From contig CBFFRP010000289.1 of assembly GCA_965644295.1 (NCBI GenBank), positions 1-64,000 on the forward strand: a DNA stretch of 64,000 bases, in the 5' to 3' direction. Positions 63,101-64,000 of this stretch are shown in pieces; within the stretch, counting starts at the first letter, position 1, and each line of letters starts with the position of its first letter. The position numbers and the translations under genes were made by a program. Source of the DNA: Paraphysomonas bandaiensis. Its lineage: Eukaryota > Protista > Chrysophyceae. Below the pieces are notes generated by a model. That model saw nothing but the letters and a program-made list of their open reading frames with translations, was not told where the DNA came from and did not search any database.

Positions 63101-63992
63101 TTACGCTTCGTGTACTGCAGATGTCCTATGCAGGTTCTCGGTTATCACGAGCCGAATGTTATCTTGAAGGACAATGATTTAAAGTACAAAATTCGGCTAC
63201 CCGGTCCAACTGCACGCTTTCTTCTCCAACAACTAGAAAAAGATTCTGATTTACTGTGCTCGTTAGGAGTAATGGACTATAGTCTCCTCGGTACGATGTA
63301 AATGCGATGCCACTCAACTTATACTAAATTTATTATACTCTACCTAGTGGGTGTGCACAACACGGAGTATGTAGTTGATGACGCAACGTCGTTTGATGGA
63401 CTACACAAGACAAGCACTGGTAGCTCCACAAGTACTGAAACAACAATTGTGCCACAGCATCGCACCTACAGAGTGGAAGAAAAGTCATATGATGTGGTAA
63501 AGTCGCCGCTATTATCTGCCAGCCACGAGATGGATCGGTGTGTGAGTTTAAAGCAGTCCGTCCGATATGTTACCTATGAGGGTTGTAGTGGTAATAGGGT
63601 TACGGACTATTCTACTCACACTTCGAGTACTTCTAGTCAGTGTAACGGCAGGCTTCATGTAAGGCGTCTGCTGACCTTTTTTCAATAAATAATGTGTTTT
63701 AAGGTGAGCAGAATAGTTGGCCCCGAAGCGTATTATATGGGAATCGTAGACTTTCAGCAACTATATGACATCAGTAAAAAGGTGAAGCTGTGATTTTTGG
63801 GTAGATGTACTGATATATATTAGGCGGAGAGATTTTTTAAGGTACACATTAAAGGTAATAGTGGGGAAGGTCTATCATGCATAGAACCCAAGCAGTATAG
63901 AGCCAGGTACTACAACAGTGTTTCAATTTTTTGTAATGTATTATAGATTCTTGCGGCGTATGGAAGAACTTCTTGATCTTGAAGAAACTTAG
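60147..63992 (+). CDS. GPCR-PIPK: 7-TM receptor fused to a phosphatidylinositol-phosphate kinase, many short introns
   Basis: cAMP-receptor-like TM region (ELASEAWFFCLAFDL..ITNPF, YHVVCWG, ICWIK), LRQEVLHYATTGI linker, PIPK motifs GASGAFFF, YDLKGS, LKDND, MDYSLL, GIVDF; stop TAG 63990-63992. Confidence 0.92.
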
Positions 63993-64000
63993 TCATGTTC

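Overview
Eukaryotic nuclear DNA with short GT-AG introns (mostly about 40-70 nt). Gene content and style suggest a stramenopile protist, possibly chrysophyte-like; this is an inference. About 17 host genes are recognisable: NAD-dependent MTD1, a TLC-domain protein, a PHOSPHO-type HAD phosphatase, NBS1, a RING1-like RING+RAWUL protein, MsrA, a full-size ABCG, a two-pore channel, a REX1-B protein, a SAM methyltransferase, Grx3/PICOT, a GRIP golgin, a GPCR-PIPK and several hypotheticals. Many sit in head-to-head pairs separated by AT-rich islands of transposon debris. Strongest unusual signals: (1) a Copia LTR family with non-canonical 5'-TA...TT-3' termini, fixed by 5-bp TSDs at two independent insertions, one a 2.1-kb internally deleted copy with identical LTRs; (2) MsrA with an in-frame TGA exactly at the catalytic GCFWG cysteine (selenoprotein) and a non-canonical SECIS-like hairpin; (3) a GPCR-PIP kinase fusion; (4) a divergent pair of an ABCG with a degenerate first NBD and a TPC with eroded voltage sensors and an atypical filter; (5) a virus-like pseudogene patch; (6) an unclassified modular repeat family with a double-hairpin core. 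No CRISPR array, rRNA or tRNA gene was seen.
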